From the NCBI RefSeq assembly GCF_030684315.1, contig NC_081354.1, forward strand, positions 27,336,226 to 27,400,225: DNA of 64,000 bases, written 5' to 3'. Under the pieces are notes generated by a model, which worked only from the letters and a program-made list of their open reading frames with translations, searched no databases and was not told the DNA's origin. Origin of the DNA: Stegostoma tigrinum (lineage: Eukaryota). Of the stretch, positions 1-11,895 are shown piece by piece; the first letter of the stretch is position 1; each line of letters starts with the position of its first letter. The translations under genes were made by a program, and so were the position numbers.

Positions 1-95
1 GTTTTTCTCCCTCTACAGATCCTTCCAGACCTGCTGAGTTTCACCAATATTTTCTATGTTTGTTTCAGATTTCCACCATGTGCAGTATTTGGTTT
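1..95 (+). mobile_element. Old PLE 3'-end (pseudo-LTR) fragment
   Basis: Matches the motif ttctctccacagatgctgccagacctgctgagtttc...cagattt that recurs many times in the window and forms the end of the GIY-YIG-bearing copy at 43438-44029. Confidence 0.55.
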
Positions 96-229
96 TTATA
101 TACTACTGGGCTCATTTAGTTAAATGATTATAACTTATTTTACATAATACAGAATTAGCAAGCATACTTGTCTCTAGATCAATAGGATTTAAATATCCTC
201 TAGGGAGGCTGAGTAAATTGATGACAGTG

Positions 230-870
230 CTGTGGCACAGGAGACCATTCAAGCATGGAGGACAAAAAGAAAAATGGTAGGGGATTCTATACTTAGGGGC
301 ACTTAGGCAAACTGAAATAGGACCTGTAGAGAATTTAGGAAGTAAAAAGTTCAACCAAGCCAGACAAAAGGAAGGGGAGCCTTTGTACCCTTTGTAGTGG
401 GACCAAGTCTCCCTAATGGTGTGTTGCCTGCTTGGTGCCAAGGTAAGGGAAATCTCAAACTGGCTTGAAAGGATATTGGAGTGGAAGGCAGTTGGGGAGA
501 GGTGGGGGGTGGGGCACGAGGGGTGATGCAATTATTGTGGTCCATTTTGAGACAAACAACATAGGCAGGAGTAGGCAAGATATCAGGAATTAGGAACAAA
601 ATTAAAGAGCAGAAACTCAAATGTCATAATCTCTGGACTATTACACAAGCCCAAGTAAATTGGCATATAGATTTTAAATATATAGGCAAGTAAACACATG
701 GCTAAAGGAACAGGGTGGGAAAGAGGGGTTCAATTTCATGGGACACTAGTATCAGTACTGGGACAGGAAGGCATTGTATCATTGGGGCAGGCTTCACCTG
801 AACTGATCAGCAACCCATGTCCTCGTAGAAAGGCTAAATAGGGCAGTCAGAAGGACTTCCAACTGGGTGG
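230..870 (+). mobile_element. Degenerate CR1 LINE ORF1 (esterase/SGNH-like) fragment
   Basis: Decayed coding motifs resembling CR1 ORF1 (VCCLxGAKV, VHxxTNNIG, IISGLL, GLHLN), broken by stops and frameshifts. Confidence 0.6.
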
Positions 871-1029
871 GGGATGACTTGGGGGAGGCAGTGGGATAGC
901 CAATAAAGTTTCAAAATTAAGTTACACGACAGAGAGTAAAGAAACAGTCAGCAATCACACTTCAGATACAGCAGATAATGGCAGAACTATAAAAAGTGTA
1001 TTGATTAAACTGTAAAAGAAAAATAATAA

Positions 1030-1510
1030 ATAGGTGTATTCGAAAACGCAAGCTTTCAAATCTCAGCTCCTTCCTCAGTATTAGTGTGAGAAAGAGGGTA
1101 TAAGTTACCGAATTTATAAGCAGAAAGATAACCAACCCTAAAACTGGCCATCTCTTGTTGAATCTTTAATTAGTTAGGAAGGAGATTACTCATTAAAATT
1201 AAAATACAGATTCCTCACAAGTCATTATCCTGAGACAATGAGAATTTTTGTCACTATATACAAGAGGTGACATATCAGGTTAGACAATACATTTTAAGCG
1301 TGAGGTCTTGCTTAGATCTGTCTATGTTTTAAACTGGGGTCAGGTTTTTTTTAAACAAAACAGAATGTATCCACGACTACACCAATAACTTGGATGAAAT
1401 AATTCATGTGTGTGTCCGTGTGCCTGTGTCTATATGTGTGTGTGGATGTATATGGTGTGTGCAAGAGAAAGAGAGAGAGTGTGTGTCCGTGTGTGTGCGC
1501 GTGTGAGTAT
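1030..1510 (-). mobile_element. PLE-type terminal fragment with decayed hammerhead-like motif and (TG)/(GA) microsatellite
   Basis: Minus strand 1078-1049 reads CTGAGGAaggagctgagatttGAAAgcttg; low-complexity TG/GA tract at about 1407-1505. Confidence 0.45.
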
Positions 1511-1529
1511 GAGCTATTAGTTTTAGGTA

Positions 1530-2945
1530 AAACTGAATTTAGTTAGATGAGAGAAACTGTCCAAAATAAACTGTGAAAATCTGCTAATGCATAAAACAAC
1601 TGAAGAGCAATGGAGCATTTTGAAAGAAACATTTAACACAATACAAAACTAGTTTATACCTGCTAGAGAGAAAAGCTCCACTTCACCGAAAAAAGCATGG
1701 ACCTTGACAACTAAAGAGATAACAGTCAGCATAAAAAACTAAAGAAAAGTAGTTCATGCTGAATGGGAAACGTATAAAGAACAGTAAAGAGCCACAAAGC
1801 AGCTAATAAGAGCTAATAAGAGAAAATTTGTGGGGAAACTTGCAAAGGTCTTCAAATCAATCACAAGAAATGTTATAGTTACATATAGGGAAAGTGGGCC
1901 GTCAGAAGCAACGTTGACCCACTAAAGACTGAAAGTGGGGATTGAAAGTGTCCTTGACTATAGCAACATGACACAAAGGTTGAAAAATTACTTTACCTCA
2001 GTATTTGCAGTAGGAAAGGAAGATACCTTGCTGAAAGTTGCAAGGAAATTAATAGTGGATAAAAGATAGGAACTGATTAAAATTAACAAAAGTAAAACAT
2101 TGATAATGAGGAAATTAATGGAGTTAAAGAGTGACATATCTGCAGGACCTGAAAGTTTTCATCTGAGGGTATTAAAGGAAGCAGGGGAGCACATTGTAAA
2201 TGCCCTTACTGTAACCTGTCAGAGGTCCCTAGAAATAGGAGTCACCCCACTGGATTGGAAAATTGCACATTACTCCACTTTTTAAGAAGGAAAGAAGAGG
2301 AAAACCAGGGAATTACAGACACTTAGCCTACCATCTGTGGTGGAGAAATTTTTGGAATCAATAATCATCGATAGGGTAACCGAGTACCTTGAAAATTTTG
2401 ATTTAATCGGGGAGAGCCAGTTTGGATTCACGAAAGATTTCAACTCTAACATAGATGGGAAAGTATTCAAGGTATTAGTAGGAAAAGGTGGAGTAGATAA
2501 AGGTAAACAATTTACAGACAGGGAATAGAGGGAAATGGTTTATGTGCAGGCAGATGGGGTTAGTTTAGAATAGCATCATGATCAGCACAGTCATGGTGGG
2601 CTGAAGGGCCTATTGCTGTGGTGTCCTATTCTATATTCTATTTCCACTGGCTCGGCATTCGAGAACTAGGGGGCGCAGTCTAAGAACTAGGGCCAGACAA
2701 TTCAGGAGAGATGTTAGCAAGTACTTCGACACACAAAGGGTGGTAGATGTTTGAAACTTTCTCTCACAAATGACAGTGAATGCTAGCTCAGTTGTTAATT
2801 TAAAATCTGAGACAGATCAATTTTGATGTGCAATGGTATTAAGTGATATGTGCCAGAGGCAGGTAAATGGAATTAGACCACAGGTTAGCCATGATCTCAT
2901 TGAATGGTGGAAGTGCCTTGAGGAGTTGTTCCCGTGTCCCTATGT
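1530..2945 (+). mobile_element. Degenerate CR1 LINE ORF2 fragments and 3' ends
   Basis: ORF-track peptides GPESFHLRVLKE, PLDWKIA and VEKFLESIIIDRVTEYLE...ESQFGF are typical CR1 RT N-terminal motifs; CR1-like 3' UTRs at about 2540-2640 and 2700-2945. Confidence 0.75.
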
Positions 2946-4644
2946 ACTCTTCTTGAGATCTTCTTTTGTATTTAGCACTGGCCTTGCAGCATTTTTCTTC
3001 TTCTGTTAAAAATCTGACCAATCTTGCAGAACCTGATTTGTCTACTGGTCTATTTCTCTTTGTGCAATTTTAGCAAACTGCAAAATCATCCTGTCCAAGC
3101 TGTCAGTTCCTGAGATTCCAATAGCAATGAGGCATTTCCTAAGTACAAAACTGTCACTTTTCATTACATGCTTTGGAAGGCAAAAAGTATGTTTGTATAA
3201 ATAACTACTTTCAGTTTTCTAACATAAATGTTTGTAAATATACATTGTTTTAAATGCTAACATGTTAAAATTAACCCATTTTGCATTCTGTGAAAAAACA
3301 GTCCCAAAAATCCTGATATGTTAGAAATTCCAAACAAAATCTCACATAGACACAGCAGCAGGACTCCAAGACCCTCAGGTCTGTTTACCTTTCAGTAAGA
3401 TCACGATTGATCTTTGACCTAAACATGAATATCTGTGCCTGGCTCTCAGTAACTTAACAGTAGCAGAAATCTATCAATCTGTTTTAAAATGAACAATTGA
3501 CCAAGCATCAACTATTACTTGTGGAATAGATTTGAAACTTCTGCTGTTCCATCTATGTAGAAGTATTTGGTCATTTGTTTCTTGGGCTGCATTCACTTGG
3601 CTATATTTGCCTCCAAAGCAAAGCAGTTTTTGCATGATAAAGTTTAACTCTTACTCAATTACTGAAATCATTAACTATGTCCCTGAGATTGCTTCTGGGA
3701 AGTAACGAGTTTTGAAAAAACTGTAAATACTTAGTGGAAAATCTTAGAAGTACTCTGAGAGAGAGAGAAATAATTACACTTAGAATCTACATTCAATCTG
3801 GTCTCAACAAATCATTGACGACCTGCTTGACTTCATTCTCATGCTATTCACCCAAGTGAATACAACAGTAGCACAAGTATGACTTTGAAGACTGGAAGAC
3901 ACAAAGATCTAAGACATTCAGAGCATTTTTCATATGAGTTTGAGTTTCCAAGCAGGCAATATAAATCTAACCTAATAATGAGGTTATTGTCTACCATGTT
4001 TCACCAGTGTATATCAAGGAATTGGAAATTGCGTGGAAACTTTGATCTGTATGCCTGATAAGGAATATCACTGTTGAAGTGAGGCAACTCTGAGTGGATC
4101 ATAGTATATGGAGAAATATTGGACTCTGTTGTACTTTGGGTAATATTCAAGTTGAAATGTATTGCCTTTGGTCTGTTTGCCTGACATGGAATGAAAATTG
4201 CTGATAGCAAGAATTATGCAGCATGTTCCATTCAATACAAGGATATTAAAAAAGTTTTGTTTTGTTGCACTATCCATAATATGCAATTTGGATGTTTTCT
4301 AGTGTCCTTTTTAGTTTAAAAATTCTATAAATAAGGCTTTTGTCTGAAAAAATTCTCAAACTCTTTACCTCAGAAGTGTAATTCCAATGATGTTTACATA
4401 CAAAATCAGCATTTTTATTTGGACTCTTCACCTGTTACTATCGGCATCAATGAATCTTGTTGGGTTTGTGATTCCAGCGTAATGCATAGAAATGCGTAGA
4501 ATATAGGAGTTGTCCTTTATTCCAAAACAGGGGAGTACCAATAATAGTCAAGTAGTGTCCTTTATCTATTGGGGTGCAACTTCAATCTGCCTCTGACTAG
4601 CCACTGCAGAGTACCATGTGCCCAGACAGAAACGCCACACATAC

Positions 4645-4735
4645 CTTTCATATTCAGCCGGGAAGCGAACCAGGACATAGAAAGAAATGTACCCAGGACG
4701 AGCGCTGTTAAAATACGTTCATTCCTGAACTTCAT
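4645..4735 (-). CDS. MGAT4D: First coding exon of an MGAT4-family GlcNAc-transferase (probable MGAT4D orthologue); gene continues beyond the left edge
   Basis: ATG at 4735 gives MKFRNERILTALVLGTFLSMSWFASRLNMK, which resembles the MGAT4A/B N-terminus (MRLRNGT...FLxLSWY) with a type II signal-anchor. Phase-1 donor AAAG|GTATGT at 4645/4644. Divergent orientation upstream of ELMOD2 matches human MGAT4D-ELMOD2 synteny. No second exon was found in the window; the symbol rests on synteny. Confidence 0.7.
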
Positions 4736-4879
4736 CTCATGCCAGAAACACACAAAGCGAACAGGTATCTGCTAGTGCTGGGTATTGTCACGTTTTGGGG
4801 CTGGGATCAAGTTTTGTGAGATTAATCCAGGCAAGCACTGTCTTTCATTCTCCCCAATAGTCCTGCTTTTGTCTTGATC

Positions 4880-5620
4880 CTCTCACTCAATCTTCAGATA
4901 CTGTCCGCTATCACAGAATCTGATGAGGGCAGTGCTCCACTTTGACCAATATTCTATCTCTTCCTTCGTGAGTGCAGTTCCCAGCTTGTTCGAAAGTCTC
5001 CTCTCCAGCGTTTTACGCTTTTAATCTATTTCCACTCTTAATTCTTCCCTGATTTGCCCAATCATTTTTCTATGTCTTTCCTCTCCAGCAGCTCCGCTCT
5101 TCATTCGAGTTGCTGCTGAGTTCAGTGACACACACACACACACACACACATCGCTCAGTCCCTGCCTAATGACTGTCTCTGCTCAGACGATTGTCATGAT
5201 TTCACAGTCTCTGTTGCAAGCCCTATCGGTCTCCGCCCTCACTGCCGCTACCCCTTCCTGCCTCTACAGTGGTTCTCACTGAAGCAGCTGGTCTCCCCCT
5301 CGCTCCCACACGCATCCAGTTCCTTTATTTTCTTTCACTTCTCTCTTAGATATCAGCAGTGGCTGCAGTCTGTGTTACTCGGGTGTTCCTTCCTCCGTGT
5401 TTTTATCTCAGGTATCGTTCCCGCTTTGTGTCTTTCGCCCGCTGCCTCTGAGTGGATCTCGGGCGTTGCTCTGTGTACATGTAGAGTTTATTCCCTGTGC
5501 GTACTTGTTGGGACTTGTTCCGTGTGGGGTTTGCTCTGTGTGTATTTTTTGGGATTACTCCCTGCGTATTGCTGGGGCGCAGCTTTCAACTCTTAACAGA
5601 TATTGTTCCTTCGCTCTACC
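4880..5620. promoter_or_regulatory. CpG-retaining region upstream of the MGAT4 exon (putative 5'UTR/promoter), containing a (CA)n tract
   Basis: CpG density is higher than in the flanks; (CA)~11 at about 5128-5150; directly 5' of the MGAT4-like ATG on the minus strand. Confidence 0.4.
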
Positions 5621-5977
5621 CTATACCTGTTCGTATTTCTGTTTTCAGCGCTCCTCTTACAACAAAGGCAATCATGGCAAAATAAAACTTAAACTAAAAG
5701 TGATCTACAGCCTAACCACAGGAATTTTATTATGCCCATTCTTTTACACTATCCTTCTACCCTTGTTGCATAACTAAAGAGTGTATTTGTCATTTTTTTG
5801 TTTCTAATTATGACATGCTTGCAATTATAACGAATATAAAAATAACTCACGAAATTTGTGAAAGTAATGATTGATCTGGATTTTTGAGAAGATTTGTAGC
5901 TCAGGTTGAGGCTCGGGATGTAAGTTCGCTCGCTGAGCTGGAAGTAATGATTGATATATACTTAGGAAATGTGTTTC

Positions 5978-6074
5978 AGAGATAGTAGGAACTGCATCTG
6001 AGATAACAAGGTGTAGAGCTGGATGAACACAGCAGGCCAAGCAGCATCAGAGGAGCGGGAAAGGGTCTAGGCCC
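5978..6074 (-). mobile_element. Short PLE 3'-terminal fragment (young family)
   Basis: Reverse complement of the element end (ccagctctacaccttgttatctcag...ctatctct), with internal deletions. Confidence 0.75.
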
Positions 6075-6702
6075 CATCCAGCTGTAAACCTTGTTACTTA
6101 GGCAAAGTGTTTTCTTAGATATCTCTATTCTCGTACATGATGTGGGAGTTACATAGACTAGTGTTTTGATCCAATAAGGAGCTCAGCCAAATAAGCACAT
6201 GTTTCATAGTGTTAAAATAACCATTTATGAATATAGATTAAGCGAATTTCAACCCCACCTAGTGGCTCCTTTCTGTAGTGCAGCGTTTGTCGCAACTGAT
6301 GAGAAGATAGACTTTCATAGTAATCACCGTTTAATTCCCACGGAGTTTCCGTGGACATATTTTCTAACCAATCTATTCAGAAATATTATGACATATCTCC
6401 GGAGCAGTTGGTTTAGAAGTAGGGACAGTGGTGTTGCACCACAAGAAGCCGTTATATGGAGTTTGCGTGCGCTTTAGTGACAGTTAATTTACACCCGTTT
6501 AACGAAAGGAAAATTTTGTTGCTTTTTTTTTGAAGTTATGGACCTCGCTACCTCTATCGCTGTTAATTGGCAGCAGGAATAATACTTGATGAGGAATTTA
6601 AATTTGCCTAAGTATCGCAGCAGCTAATCCAGAGGAACAGTCTGTCTCAAACGCAAAAAGGGGATTTGGTAGCAGATTGGTAATGTCACTAAAGTTAACG
6701 AG

Positions 6703-7013
6703 CATAGAATCCCTACAAATGCGGGAAGAGCCCTATTCGGCCCATCGAGTCTGCACCGACTCTCTGAACAACATCCACGCTATCCTCGCAGCCGCTCATT
6801 TTACCGTGGCCAATTCACCGAGCCTGCACATGTCGGGACACAACTGGGCAATTTAGCATTGCTAATCCACTTAACCTGAACGTCCTTGGACTGCGTGAGC
6901 GGGAAAACCACACAAAAACGGAAGGGACACGCAAACTCCACATGGGCAGTCACCGAAAACTGGAATCAAACGCAGGTCCTGGGACTGCGACAGCACCGCT
7001 AACCGTTCTACCC
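6703..7013 (-). mobile_element. HE1-like tRNA-derived shark SINE
   Basis: Minus strand has a tRNA-like head (cggttagcggtgctg...gtttgattcc), a central gtccaaggacgttcaggttaagtggattagc segment and a CR1-like tail ending tagggattctatg. Confidence 0.65.
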
Positions 7014-7420
7014 AATCTAGTACACCAGCATAATGTTCTAGGGACGTGAGGTCAAACCCTATTACGATGGGGAAACTTAAATTCACCCAAACTGGAAATG
7101 TGGAGCTAGCTTCACGGGAGCCATGAAACCAGTCAATTGACAGTTTTTTTAAAAAAAACACTACTTCACAGGATATCTGCTGGCCCAGTTGTGACTCCAG
7201 ATTCACAGCAACGTAAGCAACTCCTAACTGCCTGCCCTCTGGGAAATTAGGGATGGGCAATCAGTCCTGTGTAGAGAGTGCCCCCTGGTTCTGACACTGG
7301 GCTTATATAGTGGAATGCAGTGTGATGGAAAACACAGAAGGCAGATGCTTCAGAAGCCAAAAAAAAGTTATTGAAAAACAGCAAATTGAATACATTTACA
7401 GAAAACAAGAAAGTGAATAT

Positions 7421-8776
7421 GAAGCTGGATGACACAGCTGGCCAAGCAGCATCTCAGGAGCACAAAAGCTGACGTTTCGGGCCTAGACCCTTCATCAGAG
7501 AGGGGCATGGGGAGAGGGTTCTGGAATAAATAGGGAGACAGGGGGAGGCGGACCGAAGATGGAGGGAAAAGAAGATGGGTGGGGGGGGTGGGGAGGGAAC
7601 AGGTCAGTCTAGGGAAGACTGACAGGTCAAGGAGGTCGGGTGAGGTTAGTAGGTAGGAAATAGAGGTGCAGCTTGAGGTGGAAAGAAGGGATAGGTGAGA
7701 GGAAGAACAGGTTAGGGAGGCGGGGACCAGCTGGGCTGGTTTTGGGATGCAGTGGGGGAAGGAGAGATTTTGAAGCTTGTGAAGTCCACATTGATACCAT
7801 TGGGCTGCAGGGTTCCCAAGCGGAATATGAGTTGCTGTTCCTGCAACGTTCGGGTGGCATCATTGTGGCACTGCAGGAGGCCCATGATGGGTCTAGGCCC
7901 GAAACGTCAGCTTTTGTGCTCCTGAGATGCTGCTTGGCCTGCTGTGTTCATCCAGCCTCACATTTTATTATCTTGGAATTCTCCAGCATCTGCAGTTCCC
8001 ATTATCCATGATGGACATGTCGTCTGAGGAATGGGAGGGGGAGATAAAATGGTTCGCGACTGGGAGGTGCATTTGTTTATTGCGAACCGAGCCGAGGTGT
8101 TCTGCAAAGCGGTCCCCAAGCCTCCGCTCCCCCTCCCATTCCTCAGACTTCCCAGTCGCGAACCATTTTAACTCCCCCTCCCATTCCTCAGACGACATGT
8201 CCATCATGGGCCTCCTGCAGTGCCACAAATGATGCCACTCAAAGGTTGCAGGAACAGCAACTCATATTCCGCTTGGGAACCTTGCAGCCCAATGGTGTCA
8301 ATGTGGACTTCACAAGCTTCAAAATCTCCCCTCCCCCCACTGCATCCCAAAACCAGCCCAGCTCGTCCCCTCCCTCCACTGCATCCCAAAACCAGCCCAG
8401 CCTCTCCCCACCTCCCTAACCTGTTCTTCCTCTCACCCATCCCTTCCTCCCACCTCAAGCCGCACCTCCATCTCCTACCTACTAACCTCACCCCACCTCC
8501 TTGACCTGTCTGTCCTCCCTAGACTGACCTATCCCCTCCCTACCTCACCACCCACACTCCTCTCCACCTATCTTCTTTTCCCTCCATCTTCGGTCCACCT
8601 CCCCCTCTCTCCCTATTTATTTCAGAACCATCTCCCCATCCACCTCTCTGATGAAGGGTCTAGGCCCGAAACGTCAGCTTTTGTGCTCCTGAGATGCTGC
8701 TTGGCCTACTGCATTCATCCAGCTTCACACTTTGTTATCTTGGATTCTCCAGCATCTGCAGTTCCCATTATCACTG
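7421..8776. mobile_element. Composite inverted PLE insertion (inverted arm, nested 3'-end piece, direct arm)
   Basis: Flanked by direct repeat aagtgaatat (7411-7420, 8777-8786). The arms encode the GIY-YIG C-terminal region (RRLGDRFAEH, VANHFNSPSH, EQQLIFRLGTLQP). Confidence 0.85.
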
Positions 8777-8999
8777 AAGTGAATATCAAGACCTGCCTGT
8801 TCTGACTGAGACTGGTCTCCCAATTAACTTGGCCTCCAGTTAAGCTTCACAGCGAAGATATGATACAGAGGGTGGCTGTTACCTATGCTAGAGGGAGAGA
8901 TTACCTGCTGACCTGAAGTCCTATGCCACTTCCCTTCCTGAGGGGTGCCCTACATCATTAACCCCGAATCCCACTTTCCCCTATCTAAGACTAGCCAAG

Positions 9000-9275
9000 C
9001 TGGTTTAAAAGGTCTCAGTGACCTTAGGCATGTCCCTGGAGTGATTGCTGTGGTCTGGAGTCACATGTAGGCCAGATCAGGTAAGGATGGAAGTTTCCAT
9101 TCCTAAAGGGCACTAATGAACCAGATGGGTTTTTTTTCCTGACAATGAGCAATGTCTTCATAGCCAGATATTTTTATTGAATTTAAAATTTCACCAACTA
9201 CCATGGATTTGAACCAGGTCCCCAGAATGTTACCTGGGTCTCTAGATTAACAATCCAACGGTAATACCACTAGGC
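9000..9275 (-). mobile_element. tRNA-derived SINE; related copies near 7030-7262, 22260-22375, 51100-51280 and 57170-57560
   Basis: Shared core ggttcattagtgccctttagg...ccttacctgatctggcctacatgtgactccagacc; tRNA B-box-like ggttcaaatcc. Confidence 0.55.
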
Positions 9276-10313
9276 TATCACCTCCCCATAACCGCTGAGG
9301 TGATTAGACACATTGGACCAGACCAGTACCTTGGGCTTTCTTTCTTTTCTTGGTGATCTTTGAGTGGGTCGTTGGTTTTGATGGTGGCGGATGTTGCTGG
9401 TGTTGCCCTGGTCAGTGTCTTGTATCTCTGGATGCCTTCTGTGGCCTTTAGGCATTTAGTGGAGGTTTGTGGTTAGTTGTTGGTATTTAGTTGTTGTGAA
9501 GGCTGCTCTCCTTCGTGAGCAAGGTCTACTTCTTGCTCAGACTCTCGAACTCCCCTTGCAAAGCCTACCTCAGAGCCCACACCGGGTTGGAATCGGGGCA
9601 TGTTGCTGGTATCACAGTGCCCAGAGCTGGGCTTAGCTGTACCCAACTGCAGGTCCCTTTCTCTTCCATCTAATCTGTTGAGCTATTGCTCCTCCTGTTG
9701 GGTCTGAATGAACTTCATGATTAATGGCATAGGTGTGAATGGTTTTTCAATTAAGTGAATGGTTTTGATGGTTTTGGAACGCTCAGTATTTCCCTTGGGT
9801 TGATATTCGTTCAGGTTTGAAAAGTGGTGTGAATGTTTTTACATCCAAAAGTGGAACAGGTTTGAACGTAGCACAATGGTGTGGAACATTCAGTACTTCT
9901 GTGCCTGAGCACTGGTTGGAAAATTAAATAGCATGGTATCTCTGTAGGCTCCAGAAGGTCCGAAGTTTTGTTTGTTTCTTACAATCTGGCTTCCATTGTT
10001 TAAGCTGGGACGTGAATGGGTCTCTTTCGTTTCTGCAAGCTAACCCCTGTTCCAGACATTTGCCCCTGGGCTTGCATCTTCCCCAGTCTGTCCCAACCAG
10101 CCTTTCTAGCCCATGCTTTCTGGAGTCCCAAAAGTTCAGTGAATTTACTCCAATGTAATTTCTACAACTTCTGTCTTCAGAGGGTTTTAAGTCTAGGGTA
10201 TGTCCAAAAACCGATGGGATTTTTGCCCCACCTTCCACCTGACCTAGTCAATAGTGGTTGCATTGCATGAACAATTTTTAAAAAATATATACACATTCAG
10301 CCCAACCAATTCA

Positions 10314-10523
10314 GGCAGGTTCTTTACGCAGAGAGTTGTGAGAGCATGGAATGCGTTGCCAGCAGCAGTTGTGGAAGCAAGGTCATTGGGGTCATTTAAG
10401 AGACTGCTGGACATGCATATGGTCACAGAAATTTGAGGGTGCATCCATGAGGATCAATGGTCAGCACAACATTGTGGGCTGAAGGGCCTGTTCTGTGCTG
10501 TACTGTTCTATGTTCTATGTTCT
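10314..10523 (+). mobile_element. CR1 LINE 3' end
   Basis: FFTQRVVRAWNALP...SFKRLLD is the CR1 ORF2 C-terminus; ends in a (ttctatg)n tail. Confidence 0.85.
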
Positions 10524-10536
10524 AATTCACATTTAC

Positions 10537-10708
10537 AAAACAACACAGAATGCTGGAGAAACTCAGTAGTTCTGGCAGCATCTGTAGAGAGAGAAACAGT
10601 TGTTTGCTCTGAAAAACAAATACCAGACACAAAATGTTGATTCAGTTTCTCTCCCCACAGATGCTGTCAGATCTACCCAGTTTCTCCAGTATTCAGTTTG
10701 TTTTGAAT
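10537..10708. mobile_element. Old PLE-derived mini-palindrome (inverted 3' ends)
   Basis: Left arm gaatgctggagaaactcag...cagcatctgtagagagagaaac pairs imperfectly with right arm gtttctctccccacagatgctgtcaga...tttctccagtattc. Confidence 0.65.
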
Positions 10709-11224
10709 TTTGCCTATACATTGTTTATAAATTGATGTCTCACAGGTACGTTTGCTGTTTGAATGTTTTTCCTACCTTCCTGTTGAGCAGATGTGTTTTG
10801 GAATCAGATAGATTGATTGCATTTTCTTTTTGGCCCAACAGTAGTTCTAAAGAATTTACAGGGATACAGCGACTTAAAAAAAAAACAAAACTTTGAAGAT
10901 ACTATTAATTAAAATATGGCAGAAAACTCAACAGGTTAGAAGAGAAAGTTATTATTTGCAGGTGAATAAAGGTGAAGTAGCCATAATCTTTCCAGACATT
11001 AGGACTCATTAGAACTGAGGGTCAGAGAAGGAGAATTTCATTGCAACCTCAGCTGGTAGTAGAAATTGAACCCACCCTGTTAGCACCTATATCAGCCATC
11101 CAGCCAACTGAACTAAAGCAACCCCATAGCGAATCAAATATATCCCTTCTGCATTTATCCAAACCTCCAGTTATCTCCAAACACCTTAGATTCAAATACT
11201 TTTGAGCTATTGTAAAGTAGATAC

Positions 11225-11435
11225 CCAGCAATTTGCACATGGGAGACTCCCAGACAGAAATGTCATGGTGATCAGATAATTTTGTTTGACTGCTGCATAG
11301 ATATCAGTTAGTACACTGGAGAGAGCTCCTTTAATCTTTGCAACAGTGCCATGGAAACTTTTAAGTCCAGCAGAGAGAGCAGAAAATGTATCCTCTAGTA
11401 CAAAAATAGCATCTCCAACAGATGCAACACCACAC
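11225..11435 (-). mobile_element. Deu-domain-like SINE remnant
   Basis: Resembles the DeuSINE/AmnSINE central domain (gatgctattttt...ctgctctctc...ggacttaaaagtttccatggcactg). Confidence 0.45.
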
Positions 11436-11519
11436 AAGCCAAGAGTTCATCCCCTGCAGTTGCAGTGACAATAAATGCAGTTAACAAAATTGCACATTTA
11501 GTACTGTTCTGAAGTGTCA

Positions 11520-11895
11520 GAGTCACAGAGTTGTTCAGCACGGAAACAGACCTTTCGGTCCAACTCAGTCCAGCTCATCAAAGCCGACCAGATATCCTAA
11601 ATTAATCTAGACCTATTTGCCTGCATTTGGTCCATATCCCTCTAAACCCATCCTTTTCATATACCCAACCAGATGCCTTTTAAATGTTGTAATTGTACCT
11701 GTATCACCACTTTCTTTGGCAGCTCGTTCCATACACGCACCACCCTCGGTGTGAAAAAGTTACCCCTTAGGCCCCTTTTAAACCTTTTCCCTCTCACCTT
11801 AAACCTATGCCTTCTAGTTTTGGACTCCTCTATACTGGGGAAAAGACCTTGTCTATTCAACCTATCCGTGCCCCTTGTGAATTTACAAACCTCTA
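11520..11895 (-). mobile_element. CR1 LINE 3' end
   Basis: ORF 11657-11860: LFP...TRRHRFKVRG...NFFTPRVVRVWNELP. Confidence 0.85.

Noticed and set aside
2990-3130. Possible second MGAT4 exon (SLDRMILQFAKIAQRE on the minus strand)
   Set aside because: Weak similarity, a nearby in-frame stop and no convincing splice sites.
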